A stretch of 64,000 nucleotides of DNA from Callorhinchus milii (taxonomy: Eukaryota). Both the position numbers and the translations under genes were made by a program. Shown here piece by piece: positions 52,303 to 63,654 of the stretch. The stretch is from NCBI RefSeq assembly GCF_018977255.1, contig NW_024704769.1, positions 2,914,001 to 2,978,000 on the forward strand. The letters run 5' to 3'. Below the pieces are notes generated by a model that ran no database searches, was not told where the DNA came from, and saw nothing but the letters and a program-made list of their open reading frames with translations. How positions within the stretch are numbered: position 1 is the first letter of the stretch; every line of letters begins with the position of its first letter.

Positions 52303-53529
52303 CTGCGGGAGGAAAGATATTCAGATTTACAACAATGACGACGACGTTCGTACATATTGTGCCCTTCATGCGGGGTAGAGTCCCGGAGCGCTTGACAGTG
52401 GCGGAGTCTGACTCCCCGAGCCAGGGGAAGAGTGAGGGAGGGTACCATTACGATTACACTGAGGCCAGAGGTATCTTCCTGCAAATCTGCCTTGTACAGC
52501 TCTGCAAAATCACTGCCCATCCACTCACCCCACCCCCCGCCCCCACCCAGACATCATCCCACACCCGTACGTGTCAGCCCTCCCCCGCACTTTCAAAGAG
52601 CTCTGCCTCTGAGTAATGAGCTGTGTATTGATGAGTAACAAGTTCATACAGGGCAACCCTGTAATAAGGCTTGCTTATCATACGGGCATGGACTGCTTCA
52701 CTCCCTGAACACCGGCCAGCTCTCCCTGCAGCCTGTCAGCCGCAGCCACCATTTGCAAGGCTCTAGACTCGCGACTGAAAGCATTCACAGCTGACCAGGC
52801 TCCACTGAGCTCTTGCCCAGAAAGCTACCATTCCATCCAGGTAGGGGTGTGTTGGGTCGGGTTTTCCGTGGATCTGTTATGAACCGGGCTCTAAATTTAT
52901 GGATCCAAAACACCACAGGGGTCGACCTGTACTAAGTGAACAGCCCTGCCAATCAGACACTTCCCATTATTTTGCAGAATACCACAAACGCAATACATTT
53001 GTGGCGTCTCGAAGACGTGATAAGGCGCTATATCGAATTCAAGGTATATTATTATTATACAGGAAAGATTCAAGCAATTCCGCAACAGACTTGAGTCCTC
53101 ACCTGTCATGGCCAAACTTTAAGATCATTTCCCCTAATTTGAGGTTTTTAAAACTTAGATTTTGACAGCACTGGTCTAAGATGCCTCTGAAACCTTGAGC
53201 ATTAGTTTCACCGAGACCCGCAAGCTCCACCTTCGAGCTGTGACTCTAACCTCAGCTTTTCCCAGTCCAACTTCTCAACCACCTGATCCTTGCATTTGAT
53301 AAGGCAAGGTAAGTAAAGCTCCCTCCACACTGACCCAACCAGCATCGCCTCGTCAGTGACAGAATGGAATGGGTTAGATACAAAGCGCCCTCTACATGGT
53401 GAAACTGAGTATACGCTTCGTTTACAGTGCTGTCAAATCTTCAGTAGAATAATGATAATCCTTGCTTTTGATATAGCCCAAAAATATTTTGACGGTATAT
53501 CTTAGAAGTGTTCATCTCAGGTTGATAAC

Positions 53530-53640
53530 AATAATATTAATAGGTTCAGTATTAATAAAAGGTTCAGTGTTATTAATAGGTTCGGTGTCATTAATATTAA
53601 TAGGTTTTGTATTAATAATAATAGGTTCAGTATTATTATT
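53530..53640. repeat. AT-rich minisatellite (TAATAGGTTCAGTAT-like)
   Basis: About five degenerate units in a GINS4 intron. Confidence 0.8.
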
Positions 53641-53732
53641 AGTTGTACACTGTACTCTCCTTCCTTTTCCTTATATCACAGCAAAGCTAGTGAAAGATAG
53701 CACACACACGCACACACCACACTATTCCCCAC

Positions 53733-53823
53733 CTCTGCTCATCTGTTTCTGGCTCCACCAGGATGTTTTCCTGCCTTTCGTTCACCCGCAGAAAGACAAA
53801 GGAATCCAGGTTGGGTTTGGGAA
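53733..53823 (-). CDS. GINS4: GINS4 coding exon 6
   Basis: 91 nt, AG/GT; VPKPNLDSFVFLRVNERQENILVEPETDEQR. Confidence 0.96.
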
Positions 53824-54652
53824 CTGGAAAGAAAGGGAACCAGCCAGTAATGCAATACATTTAATAGGAAGAAGGGATCTTCCATTTGATACAGCGCTTA
53901 TTATCACAACATTGAAACCTCTCAAAAGTGCCTCACAGCATTTACTGTAAAGTGTAGTGACTGTGTATTGGTAGACAACCCAGCAGGCAATTTGCCCTTA
54001 GAAAACATATAGGTTTAACTTCTCATCTAAAAATACAGTGCTCTGCAGAGTGTCAGACAGGGCTTAGCATTCTTGTACTGCAGAAAACGTTTGCTCACAA
54101 GTCGCCAGGAAACTAATTTGAATGAAGTGGTAATCACAGATTAACTTTTATCTCAGATAATTGGTTTACAGAGCGTCAGAAGACAGAGCTGGAGAAAGTG
54201 CCTTTCATCAACGCTAATGCCAGTTCAGGTCAGACTCACTGACGTCACCTGGACTCGAAACTGGCCCGTGTCCAAGAGCACTCTGGTCAGACGTTGATAC
54301 GAGCTTATCTTATTTCTTTTTTAAATAGAATCCTCTAGTATATTGGTAAGAGCCCTCGTCTCACAAGTGAGAGGACCCGAGTTCGATTCCCACTTCATCC
54401 TGTGAAGTGCTTTGAAACGTCTCAACGATGTGATAGGGCACTATATCAAATACAAGAATTATTATTATTAAATAACTACAATAAAGTTTGCAAACAGGGC
54501 CACAGGAACTGTAAATGAATAAGCCGTTCAGCCTGTCCATACTTGGCTCCCATGGCAAATCTCTAATTCCATTTTCCCACATCGTTGCAAGTTTTTGTTC
54601 ATTATTATTAGATTAATATAAAAACATTTAGGTTTCTGTTCTCTCTTCTTAC

Positions 54653-54741
54653 CGGCTTTTGAGAGGTCCAGAGCTTGCAAATTGGGAGGCATGTGTTTCA
54701 GAGCGATCTTTTTCATGCAAGTCTCACAATTTGCCATGTAC
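54653..54741 (-). CDS. GINS4: GINS4 coding exon 5
   Basis: 89 nt, AG/GT; YMANCETCMKKIALKHMPPNLQALDLSKA. Confidence 0.95.
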
Positions 54742-55076
54742 CTAAAAAGCAAGCACAGACCCATTAGTTCACAGGAGTAGTGGGTAGAACGTCTTCTAGA
54801 AGTCACGACACTTAAGAGTAATAATAGTCCTTGCATTTGATATAGCGCCTTATCACGCCTCCGAGACGTCTCAAAGTGCTTCACAGAATACACTGGAAAG
54901 TGAGTTGACAGAATATTTTGTGAGCAAAACGTCCTGTAAAGGGCTTAAGACGTTTTTGACTTAATGGGGCCATTATAAAAAAGGCAAGTTCTTTTGTCAA
55001 TGTCATCTCTCACGCCTTTCTAGTCTTTCCCTTTTATTGATCTTTCCAAAGGAATTGGCCATCCAATAATACTCAC

Positions 55077-55174
55077 TCCTTAGCAAAAGCAAACTCTTCT
55101 GGAGACAAGTAAGAAGGATCTGCATCTGAGCGAGACTTCTCTTTTTCCAGGATGTGAGGGTAATATTTCTCTAT
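55077..55174 (-). CDS. GINS4: GINS4 coding exon 4
   Basis: 98 nt, AG/GT; IEKYYPHILEKEKSRSDADPSYLSPEEFAFAKE. Confidence 0.95.
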
Positions 55175-55853
55175 CTAGAGCAGGAAAAAAATACATGATT
55201 ATAATTCTCGCATAGGATACAGCGCTTTACCATGCTGTTGAAATGTCTCAAAGCGCTTCAAGGATTTTACTGTGAAATATATTGACCGTGTATTTATAGA
55301 AGTAATCATGCAATTAACAACAACAACTTGCATTTGTATAGTGCCTTTACATAGCATAACACACAACTGCTTTACAGATACAGGGATCAAAGGAGAGAAA
55401 GAAGGTGGAGAAAGAGATGGGGAAGGAAGGTAACCGTGGTTGAAGAGGTAGGTTTTTCAACAAGAACTTGCATTTCACGCAGGGTTGGGTCCCAGAGCGC
55501 TTTCAAGAGAGAGAGAGTCAGACTTTTCAAGTGTTCATTTAATCCAGAAAGTTTAACATTTTTACAACCAAAGAAAATGTGATCCAATTTGTTTTTATAT
55601 AAGAATCCTGGCATTTAATATAGCGCCTTAGAATGTCGTTGAGACGCCTCAAAGTGCTTCACAGAATACACCGTAAAGTGAATTGACTGTGTATTGTGCG
55701 GCTGAAATATGGCAGCCAATTGCACACAGCAGTGTCCCAGAAGCAATCATGGATTAAGGGGGAGTGCTTATACTCGCTGCATGAAACAAAAGTTTCTTCT
55801 GCTGATCATGACTGTAATACTCTTGGGGTATTTAAAACGCCCATAAATCGTAC

Positions 55854-55967
55854 CTTTTGCAACCGTGATCGTAAATAGCTGCTGAGGATGTAGCGTATTC
55901 TCTCAATCTCCATCCTGTGAATGGTGACTTTCAGGTCACCCTTCTTAGCTCGCTGCAGGTTACTCTC
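55854..55967 (-). CDS. GINS4: GINS4 coding exon 3
   Basis: 114 nt, AG/GT; ESNLQRAKKGDLKVTIHRMEIERIRYILSSYLRSRLQK. Confidence 0.96.
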
Positions 55968-56213
55968 CTGCGAGGGACAAAGCAACAAAAATATTCAGAT
56001 CATCACGGCGCACATGCGACACTTACTAGCGACATCTAGAGCCCAGACAGTAACATAGCATCAGCCATACATTCCACAGAAACGACAACATGCATTTATA
56101 CAGCAACTTTCACACAGGTGGCGTCACAGAGCGCTTAAAGACAGACTGTGCAGACGAGACACCCTAAATTCTTTACAGTGTGTCGCAACCATTCACGGAG
56201 CGGGCATTATTAC

Positions 56214-56300
56214 CATGTGATTCAGCTGCTCCATAACGCACTCCACAATTTCAGACTTGTTCTCCAGGAGATCGGGGGAAAACTTCTCATTCAGCCAAGC
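56214..56300 (-). CDS. GINS4: GINS4 coding exon 2
   Basis: 87 nt, AG/GT; AWLNEKFSPDLLENKSEIVECVMEQLNHM. Confidence 0.96.
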
Positions 56301-57128
56301 CTGTGAGGGAACCAAGCATGTCCAGTCCCGATCAGATGGAAGAGGTTTAGGAGCAATAGGGTACAACACTGTTGTTTTGTCCTACCTTGCTAAAATTGCT
56401 CAAATAAGTGAGTCAGAAACGTAGAAATTCACAACGCAGAAGGGAGTGGGATTTCACCAACAAATTGCAGTCACTACACTTTACAGTGAATCCTGTCAAG
56501 CGCTTTGTGATAGGCAAACACTAGTTACTGTGGCGCCTTTCACATCACATTGAGACGTGATCATAGAATTATACAGCACAGAAGGAGGCCATTCGGTCCA
56601 TCGTGTCTGTGACGACTCTTTTAAAAAGAGCTATCCAAATCAACCCCACTCCCCGCTCGTTCCGCATAGCCCTACAAACTTGTCCTCCCCAAATAATTAG
56701 CTACTTCTCTTTTAAAAGCTGCTATCGGAGTGATGCGAGAGGTGCTTCTGTAACCATCAAATGTAAGGGCGATTATTATCTTAAGTACTTAATTTCCCAA
56801 CCGCATGTTATTTGGAGAATAACAGTCTCGTCAGCCAGCGGTCGTGCAGCTGGGGGCTGAGATTCAGGACCTTAGCGTGTCCTCCCGAGGTGAAGGATGC
56901 TCTACAAATGTCATTTGTTGTTGAGGTAAGAGGGATCTCCCCCCCACCCCGGACTGAACTGGTGGGGAGTTTGCAGTCGTCCAAGTCATGAGTGACGCTA
57001 GATTCATCAACGAGACCTAGAGATGTGCTGAAACCTCCCTGTCCGCCTCCCTCCCAAGCTGAGCCTCACAGGTGGAGGGACGGTTTCGACCCTCTTGCGG
57101 GGCGGTGGCAAAGCTCTGACCTCTTTAC

Positions 57129-57224
57129 CTCCTCCAGCTTCTGGATCAGCTCGGCCGGAGTCATGACCTCTTCGTTCTGATCCTCGTGCGTGCGGTCGAA
57201 CAGCTCCGGCTCCTCTTCCGCCAT
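57129..57224 (-). CDS. GINS4: GINS4 first coding exon; the 7 exons total 672 nt = 223 aa + stop
   Basis: MAEEEPELFDRTHEDQNEEVMTPAELIQKLEE|gtaaag; matches the SLD5 N-terminal TPAELI motif. Confidence 0.93.
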
Positions 57225-57226
57225 CG

Positions 57227-57560
57227 TGGAGTCCTGTAGCTCAGTGGTTAGAGCACTCGCTTTGCAAGTGAGAGACCTGAGTTCAATTCCAGGCAGAGGG
57301 CGAAACCTTGGGCAAGTTTCCTTACTCCACACAGAGCCTAATAATAATCCCTCCAAAACCAAACACAATAATAAATTGGTCATTTTCAATCTACGACTGT
57401 TTGTGGGACATTGCTGTGCGCAATTGGCTGCCGCGTTCGCCCACAAATATACAGTCGATTCACTTTACAGTGTATTCTGTGAAGCGCTTTGGGACGTCCT
57501 CCCGACGTGAAAAGCGCTATATCAAATGCAAGGATTATTATTATTATTATTATTATTATT
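57227..57560 (+). mobile_element. Full-length young tRNA-derived SINE abutting the GINS4 start codon
   Basis: tRNA-like head (GGAGTCCTGTAGCTCAGTGGTTAGAGC, B-box GTTCAATTCC), L2-type 3' end, long (TTA)n tail, direct repeat ATCG on both sides. Confidence 0.9.
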
Positions 57561-58723
57561 ATCGGGCTGAGAAGCCAGGGGCGGAAAGTGAACTGGCGTG
57601 GCCCTCACAAGGCCGGCTCTTTGGGGACAGGCTTGAAGGTTAAACCCCCAGTGTGTGGGTGTGTGTGTGGGTGTGCGGGAGTAGGTGTGGGTGTGTGGGG
57701 GAACAGGTGTGTGTGTGTGCGCGCGAGAGAGACGGAATAGATGGTGTGTAACTCCCCGATCCTGACCCCCCGCCCCCTCCCCCCCCCACAGCTCAGGTCC
57801 AAAACAGTGGTTGTCCAGTGCCTCGGGAGGTCCTCCCGACATGAAACGCCCCCATACACANNNNNNNNNNNNNNNNNNNNNNNNNNNNNNNNNNNNNNNN
57901 NNNNNNNNNNNNNNNNNNNNNNNNNNNNNNNNNNNNNNNNNNNNNNNNNNNNNNNNNNNNNNNNNNNNNNNNNNNNNNNNNNNNNNNNNNNNNNNNNNNN
58001 NNNNNNNNNNNNNNNNNNNNNNNNNNNNNNNNNNNNNNNNNNNNNNNNNNNNNNNNNNNNNNNNNNNNNNNNNNNNNNNNNNNNNNNNNNNNNNNNNNNN
58101 NNNNNNNNNNNNNNNNNNNNNNNNNNNNNNNNNNNNNNNNNNNNNNNNNNNNNNNNNNNNNNNNNNNNNNNNNNNNNNNNNNNNNNNNNNNNNNNNNNNN
58201 NNNNNNNNNNNNNNNNNNNNNNNNNNNNNNNNNNNNNNNNNNNNNNNNNNNNNNNNNNNNNNNNNNNNNNNNNNNNNNNNNNNNNNNNNNNNNNNNNNNN
58301 NNNNNNNNNNNNNNNNNNNNNNNNNNNNNNNNNNNNNNNNNNNNNNNNNNNNNNNNNNNNNNNNNNNNNNNNNNNNNNNNNNNNNNNNNNNNNNNNNNNN
58401 NNNNNNNNNNNNNNNNNNNNNNNNNNNNNNNNNNNNNNNNNNNNNNNNNNNNNNNNNNNNNNNNNNNNNNNNNNNNNNNNNNNNNNNNNNNNNNNNNNNN
58501 NNNNNNNNNNNNNNNNNNNACACACAGACACAACACACAGACACACAGACACAGATACACACTCACACAGACACAACACAGAGACACAGCACNNNNNNNN
58601 NNNNNNNNNNNNNNNNNNNNNNNNNNNNNNNNNNNNNNNNNNNNNNNNNNNNNNNNNNNNNNNNNNNNNNNNNNNNNNNNNNNNNNNNNNNNNNNNNNNN
58701 NNNNNNNNNNNNNNNNNNNNNNN

Positions 58724-58880
58724 CGGCCGCTGCTCACTGCGTCTCTCACTCGCTGTCGGATTTTCCCGCCCAACCGCCGCTCTGCTCCGCGCACCGCACT
58801 GCGCACGCGCCCCCAGGCCCCCGGGGGGCGCCATCTTTGATCAAGGCAAACCGCCCCGTGACGTCACTGTGCCAGCAAGA
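58724..58880 (-). promoter_or_regulatory. GINS4 promoter / non-coding first exon
   Basis: CpG-rich; E2F site TTTCCCGC (58762-58769), NRF1-like TGCGCACGCGC (~58800), YY1-like CGCCATCTT (~58830), CRE TGACGTCA (58859-58866); candidate donor CGA|gtgaga at ~58749. Confidence 0.65.
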
Positions 58881-59029
58881 GAGGGCGTGAGGGAGGGAGA
58901 AGGGGAGGGATGGAGAGGGCTGAAAGGAAGAGAGAGAGGGAAAAAGAGGAATGAGTGAGTGAGGGAGAGTAGGAATGAGGAAGAGAGAGAAGAACGAGCG
59001 AGAGATGGGATGAGAGGGAGTGAGAGAGG

Positions 59030-59560
59030 GTATGAGAGAGGGGAAGAGGGTTGGAGGGAGGGGAAGAGGGTTGAGGGAGGGAAGAGGGGAGGGAGGGGAA
59101 GAGGGTTGGAGGGAGGGAGGGAGGGAGGGAGGGGAAGAGGGTTGGAGGGGGAGGGGAAGAGGGTTGAGGGGAGGGGAAGAGGGTTGGAGGGAGGGAGGGA
59201 GGGAGGGGAAGAGGGTTGAGGGGAGGGGAAGAGGGTTGGAGGGAGGGGAGGGGGGAGGGAGGGGAAGAGGGTTGGAGGGAGGGAAGAGGGTTGGAGGGAG
59301 GGGAAGAGGGTTGGAGGGAGGGGAAGAGGGTTGGAGGGAGGGAGGGGGGAGGGAAGAGGGTTGAGGGGAGGGGAAGAGGGTTGGAGGGAGGGAGGGGAAG
59401 AGGGTTGGAGGGAGGGAGGGGAAGAGGGTTGGAGGGAGGGAGGGAGGGAGGGAGGGAAGAGGGTTGAGGGGAGGGGAAGAGGGTTGAGGGGAGGGAGGGG
59501 AAGAGGGTTGGAGGGAGGGAGGGGTTGAGGGGAGGGGAAGAGGGTTGGAGGGAGGGATGG
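59030..59560. repeat. Purine/G-rich minisatellite (GGAAGAGGGTTGGAGGGA-like unit)
   Basis: Many tandem near-copies visible directly. Confidence 0.9.
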
Positions 59561-61767
59561 ATGGTGTGGAGAGGAGGGTGAGACACAAAGTTAGCTGAGT
59601 TGAGGGGCGAGTGGGGTGAGAGAAGGTCACAGAGACAGTGGGCGCGAAGGGATTTATAGGTGACACGGACAGATGACCGACCACTTCGCCCTCCAATGGG
59701 TGGGACAGACGCACTTCACTAACCAGATTGTGTCAATCTTTTAAGACTGTTTTACCTTTCACGGATGAAGTCTGGTCTTAGGTTACTGGGCAGAGATTTA
59801 AAAGTCCAAGGTTATGAATGGTTTTAAGCCTTCCAAGTATGAGAAGTTCAAGCCTATATTTCAGGTAGGTTTGGGCGTGAGATCCGATGAGCGCAGCAGC
59901 TCATCATTAGAACACTTAAGTACCTCACGTAAGAGTTTTCCACTGTTCAATCCTTTTGTGTCTCTTCGGTAGCCCTCTCACCTCTGAATCAGGAGCTTGG
60001 GTGGGGGGGGGGGGGGTTCAAGCCCCCACATCAAAGCTCTGTGGCGTTCTTGGTAACCCGGTTCCTCAGCCAAACCGGTCCGCGGTACTCCAGGGCACTG
60101 CTGATGGCAGACCAGACCAGCCCAGCCTGGCTTCTTGGCAGGACTTGGAGGGGCAGACTGGTCACCGGGACAGGAATTATTCCCAAACTGAGTTCAATTC
60201 AAACTGGCTGTCTACAAAATGCACAGTGACTACACTTTGCAGCAAAATGCTGGGAATCACTTTTGAGACTTCCTCCCAAAAGTAAGGCAATACCCCAAAT
60301 GCAAGGATTAATATTATTATTATTACAAAGTAATAAGTGAATGGATATGAAACTGAGGTCTCGAAAACGTGATACAGGGCAACAAAGGAATAACTCGGAC
60401 AAATTGAAATCCGCATATACTTAGGAGGAACCCAATTTCACCGACTTTCATCTCTTTAAAGAGATTAACACCGCAATTAGGGAGGAAGCATCAAACATTG
60501 ATGGACAGGGAAACGTGGCAACCAATGCAATTTGATTAAGGTATCAATCTAGTGGTAGCCGGAACAGTTAAAAGATTAGAGAAATAGTTAAAGGAGGTTA
60601 GCAGCAAGACACTGATGGTTTGTTACACGTGATGGTGTATTTTTCCAGGCACAAATGAGAGTCTTGACTTTCAGCTCTTCCAAAGAAACCTTCTGGCTTG
60701 CTCAGTCAGTAGCACCCTAACCTCTGAGGCAGAAGATTTTGGGTTCAAGCTTCATGTCAGGTCTTTGAGCTCATCAGTGCTTCAACCTTGTGGCTGCTGA
60801 GGGCTGGATGCCCCTATTTGAGAAACATCCACGAGCTGCATAAATAATATTTTTGTGTTTCGCTTCCAGAAACATAACATTTACGGGTTATGGAGGGAGC
60901 GTGGGCACGATGAATTGGGGGGGGAATGAAATCAGCCCGCGTCCTGGATGGAGCACACTGACCCTCTGGACGTTGTGTTGTTGAAGGTGCCGGCTTTTAG
61001 ATAAAACGTTAAACCGAGGTCTCTTATGAGCTTGTTCAGGTGGACGTTAAAGGTCCTGTTCAAAAGAGTTCAAAAGAAAGAGTTTCTCCGATGGGTTAGG
61101 ATTAAGAGAATTTTTCCCATTTGATTGTCCTGGTCAACAATTCCCCTCCAAGATAAAACTGGCCATTCACTCCATGGCTGTCTGTGCGATGTTGCTGTTT
61201 ACAAATTGACTGCCAAACAGTCTACTTTTCAGTAAAACCTCGTGAAGCGCTTTGAGAAGTCTCCCTAACCTGAAAGGCGCGGGATCAAATGCAAGGATTA
61301 ATTATGATAAGTAATCTGACCCCTGAATTATATTAAGAAGCCGTCAGGTATTGTTACAAGACAATCCCCAGCAGATAACAGCTGCCTGATCCAGATCAGA
61401 ACCAATTTAGTCATTAAGATAATTCAGATGAGAGATTAGAAATTTAGAAATAATACTTAGAATCCCAATTTAGTAGGACCCACTTTATTAATAATAGTAG
61501 TAGTACGAAAGGTATGAAGTGGCTGAGGGTGCGAATGCTGATGGGAGAGCAAAGAGAAAACGTAAAGGGCCGTGGGCGAGAAAAACACTGCAAAGTAGTT
61601 AGCGAGCTGTTAAACAGAGGACTTCCTCTCTCTCACACCCACACTAATCGCTTTGACCTCTTCAGTATGTCACCCAAGACGATTAGTTGCAGTGTATTTT
61701 TGGGGGCAGCTTTGTTGCTTGAGAGACCATGATATTATGAGGTGCGACTGTTAAACAGGCTTAGCAT

Positions 61768-61797
61768 TGACGTCATGTACTGGCTCCCCATATATGG
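61768..61797 (+). promoter_or_regulatory. ES1-like proximal promoter: CRE and CArG/TATA-like box
   Basis: TGACGTCA at 61768-61775 and CCATATATGG at 61788-61797, ~90-120 nt upstream of the ATG. Confidence 0.45.
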
Positions 61798-61888
61798 AGG
61801 CATGGCGGCTCCCCAAATGCCTGACTCCAAACACACCGCTTTCCGCTCCGTCTTGACTGTGCGAGCAGCTTTGCGAAGGCAAGCCGTC

Positions 61889-62008
61889 ATGTTGGCATCC
61901 AGGGCACTGCTGGCCAAGAATGTGGCAGCGGTTCTCACCAGTCAGCCCTCCTGCTCGTTCTTTCAGTCCAGTGATGTGGGGAACTGGGGCAATGCCAACG
62001 TGGCAGTA
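61889..62008 (+). CDS. es1: ES1 protein, mitochondrial (GATD3-like, DJ-1/PfpI family), exon 1
   Basis: MLASRALLAKNVAAVLTSQPSCSFFQSSDVGNWGNANVAV|gtaagt; closely resembles the zebrafish ES1 N-terminus (MLASRALLAKQAAA...GNWGNTNIAV, recalled); presequence-like. Confidence 0.88.
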
Positions 62009-62177
62009 GTAAGTGTGTCCGCACAGTGCCCGCCAGTAACTGAGTTTAAATGCAATCAATGCCATTTTTGTATTGCGTTGTAAAACGTTATGGGGTGGGG
62101 GGGAAGTTGCCAAACTGGATGAGTGATGCTCGTGCTTTTAATTGATAGCTTTGTTATAATTTGATTTGATTCTCCAG

Positions 62178-62230
62178 GTGTTTTCAGGCTCAGGCTGCTG
62201 GGATGGAACCGACACCAATGAGGCTGCCTA
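62178..62230 (+). CDS. es1: ES1-like exon 2
   Basis: 53 nt, AG/GT; VFSGSGCWDGTDTNEAAY. Confidence 0.9.
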
Positions 62231-62970
62231 GTAAGTCGCTGCTGTGTTCAGTGCCCCAAACCCGCCCTGTAGATTTAGCTGGAAGCAAAGGCATCACACA
62301 TAGATATTGGGGTTAAACCCAGTCGCTTTCTATTACCTGTCTATACCTACTTTACATTTGTTTCCACTACCCACTGCCCCCACTTGGCTGACTCTGGCCT
62401 CTTGCATGTCCCTAGTGCCCTAAGCCCTACCATCAGCGGCCGCAGTTTCAGCCACTAAGCTCCAAACCCTCTGCTTTGCCCCCTCTTTTAGATCATGACC
62501 GAAGACCTTCCTCTTCGACCGTGCTTACGGTCACCTCCTCCTTTTCCCTGTCTGTTAAGCGCTCCGAAACCCTGCCCCGGGTAATGGCGCTGTGTAAATA
62601 CAACTTGTTTTAGTGGTTGTTGTTTTGCTCAGTGTTTGATGGGGTGATGAGCGCAAGAGACCGCTAAACTCTCCAAATGAGCTGAAATTCCGGGCGGTAT
62701 TAGGCGGTCTTTGGCAATACGTGGTTATAACGGGGAAATCCCATTGGCAGTCGACAAGGATTGCCCTGCGTAACGCTGATTGTTTATCCTGAACAAGCGC
62801 TCCGGGATGCTACTACATATGAAGGGCGCTATTTGAATGCAAGTTGTTGTTGTTGAACATCTGTGGAAAGTCAGTACGTGTGAGGCTTGATTGATGTACA
62901 TCTATGTGTGTGTCTCTCTCTCTCACTCTCTCTCTGACTCTCGCTCACTCTGTTGCTCACTCTCTCGCAG

Positions 62971-63084
62971 TGTGATGTACCACCTAAGCCGCAATGGAGC
63001 CAAGTTCCAAATGTTTGCCCCAAACATGCAGCAGATGCAAGTGATCGACCATAGCCGTAACCAGCCCAGCTCCGGGGAGAACAG
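62971..63084 (+). CDS. es1: ES1-like exon 3
   Basis: 114 nt, AG/GT; VMYHLSRNGAKFQMFAPNMQQMQVIDHSRNQPSSGENR. Confidence 0.92.
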
Positions 63085-63124
63085 GTAATGCCCGGGAACT
63101 GCCTGCAGTTAATTCTGTAATGCT

Positions 63125-63497
63125 TTAATAATAATAAAAATAATAATCTTTGTATTTGACATAGCGCCTTATCAGGTCTCCGAGATGTCTCAAAGCGCTT
63201 CACAGAATATACTGTAAAGTTAATTGAATTGTGGGCAAAACGCTGCAACCAGTTGCACACAGCGGTGTCCCACAAACATTCATGGATTGAGTGACCACAT
63301 TATTATTATTAATTTTTTTTTGAAGGGATTATTACCCTCAGAAAAGCAATCCGCCAATCGACTAACTACCGGATTCCTACTTAGACATGCGTGTGGAGTA
63401 AGAAAATTTGCCCAACGTTTTGCCCTGCCGGGAATCGAACCCGGGTCCTTTCACTTGCGAGACGTGCGCTCTAACCTCTGAGCTACAAGACTCCACA
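63125..63497 (-). mobile_element. Full-length tRNA-derived SINE in ES1-like intron 3
   Basis: Same consensus. Confidence 0.85.
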
Positions 63498-63534
63498 GAC
63501 CTCTCTGACGATGACTGTTTATCACTTGCTGCAG

Positions 63535-63654
63535 GAATGTGATGATCGAGTCTGCCCGACTCGCCCGCGGGAAGATCCAAGATCTCTCCCGACTGGAAGC
63601 CGGAAACTTTGATGCCATCATCTTCCCGGGCGGTTACGGAATCACCAAAAACTT
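63535..63654 (+). CDS. es1: ES1-like exon 4; gene continues beyond the right edge
   Basis: 120 nt, AG/GT; [40 protein letters not shown] (PGG motif). Confidence 0.92.

Noticed and set aside
57227-57300. tRNA-like sequences (also ~13290-13350, 30580-30645, 47110-47180 and others)
   Set aside because: They are SINE heads continuing into SINE body and tail; not bona fide tRNA genes.
58746-59714. Pro/Ser-rich 322-aa and 240-aa ORFs
   Set aside because: Artefacts of the stop-free purine-rich minisatellite.
61742-61888. In-frame upstream extension of the ES1-like ORF
   Set aside because: It overlaps the putative core promoter; homology and the mitochondrial presequence begin at the ATG at 61889.
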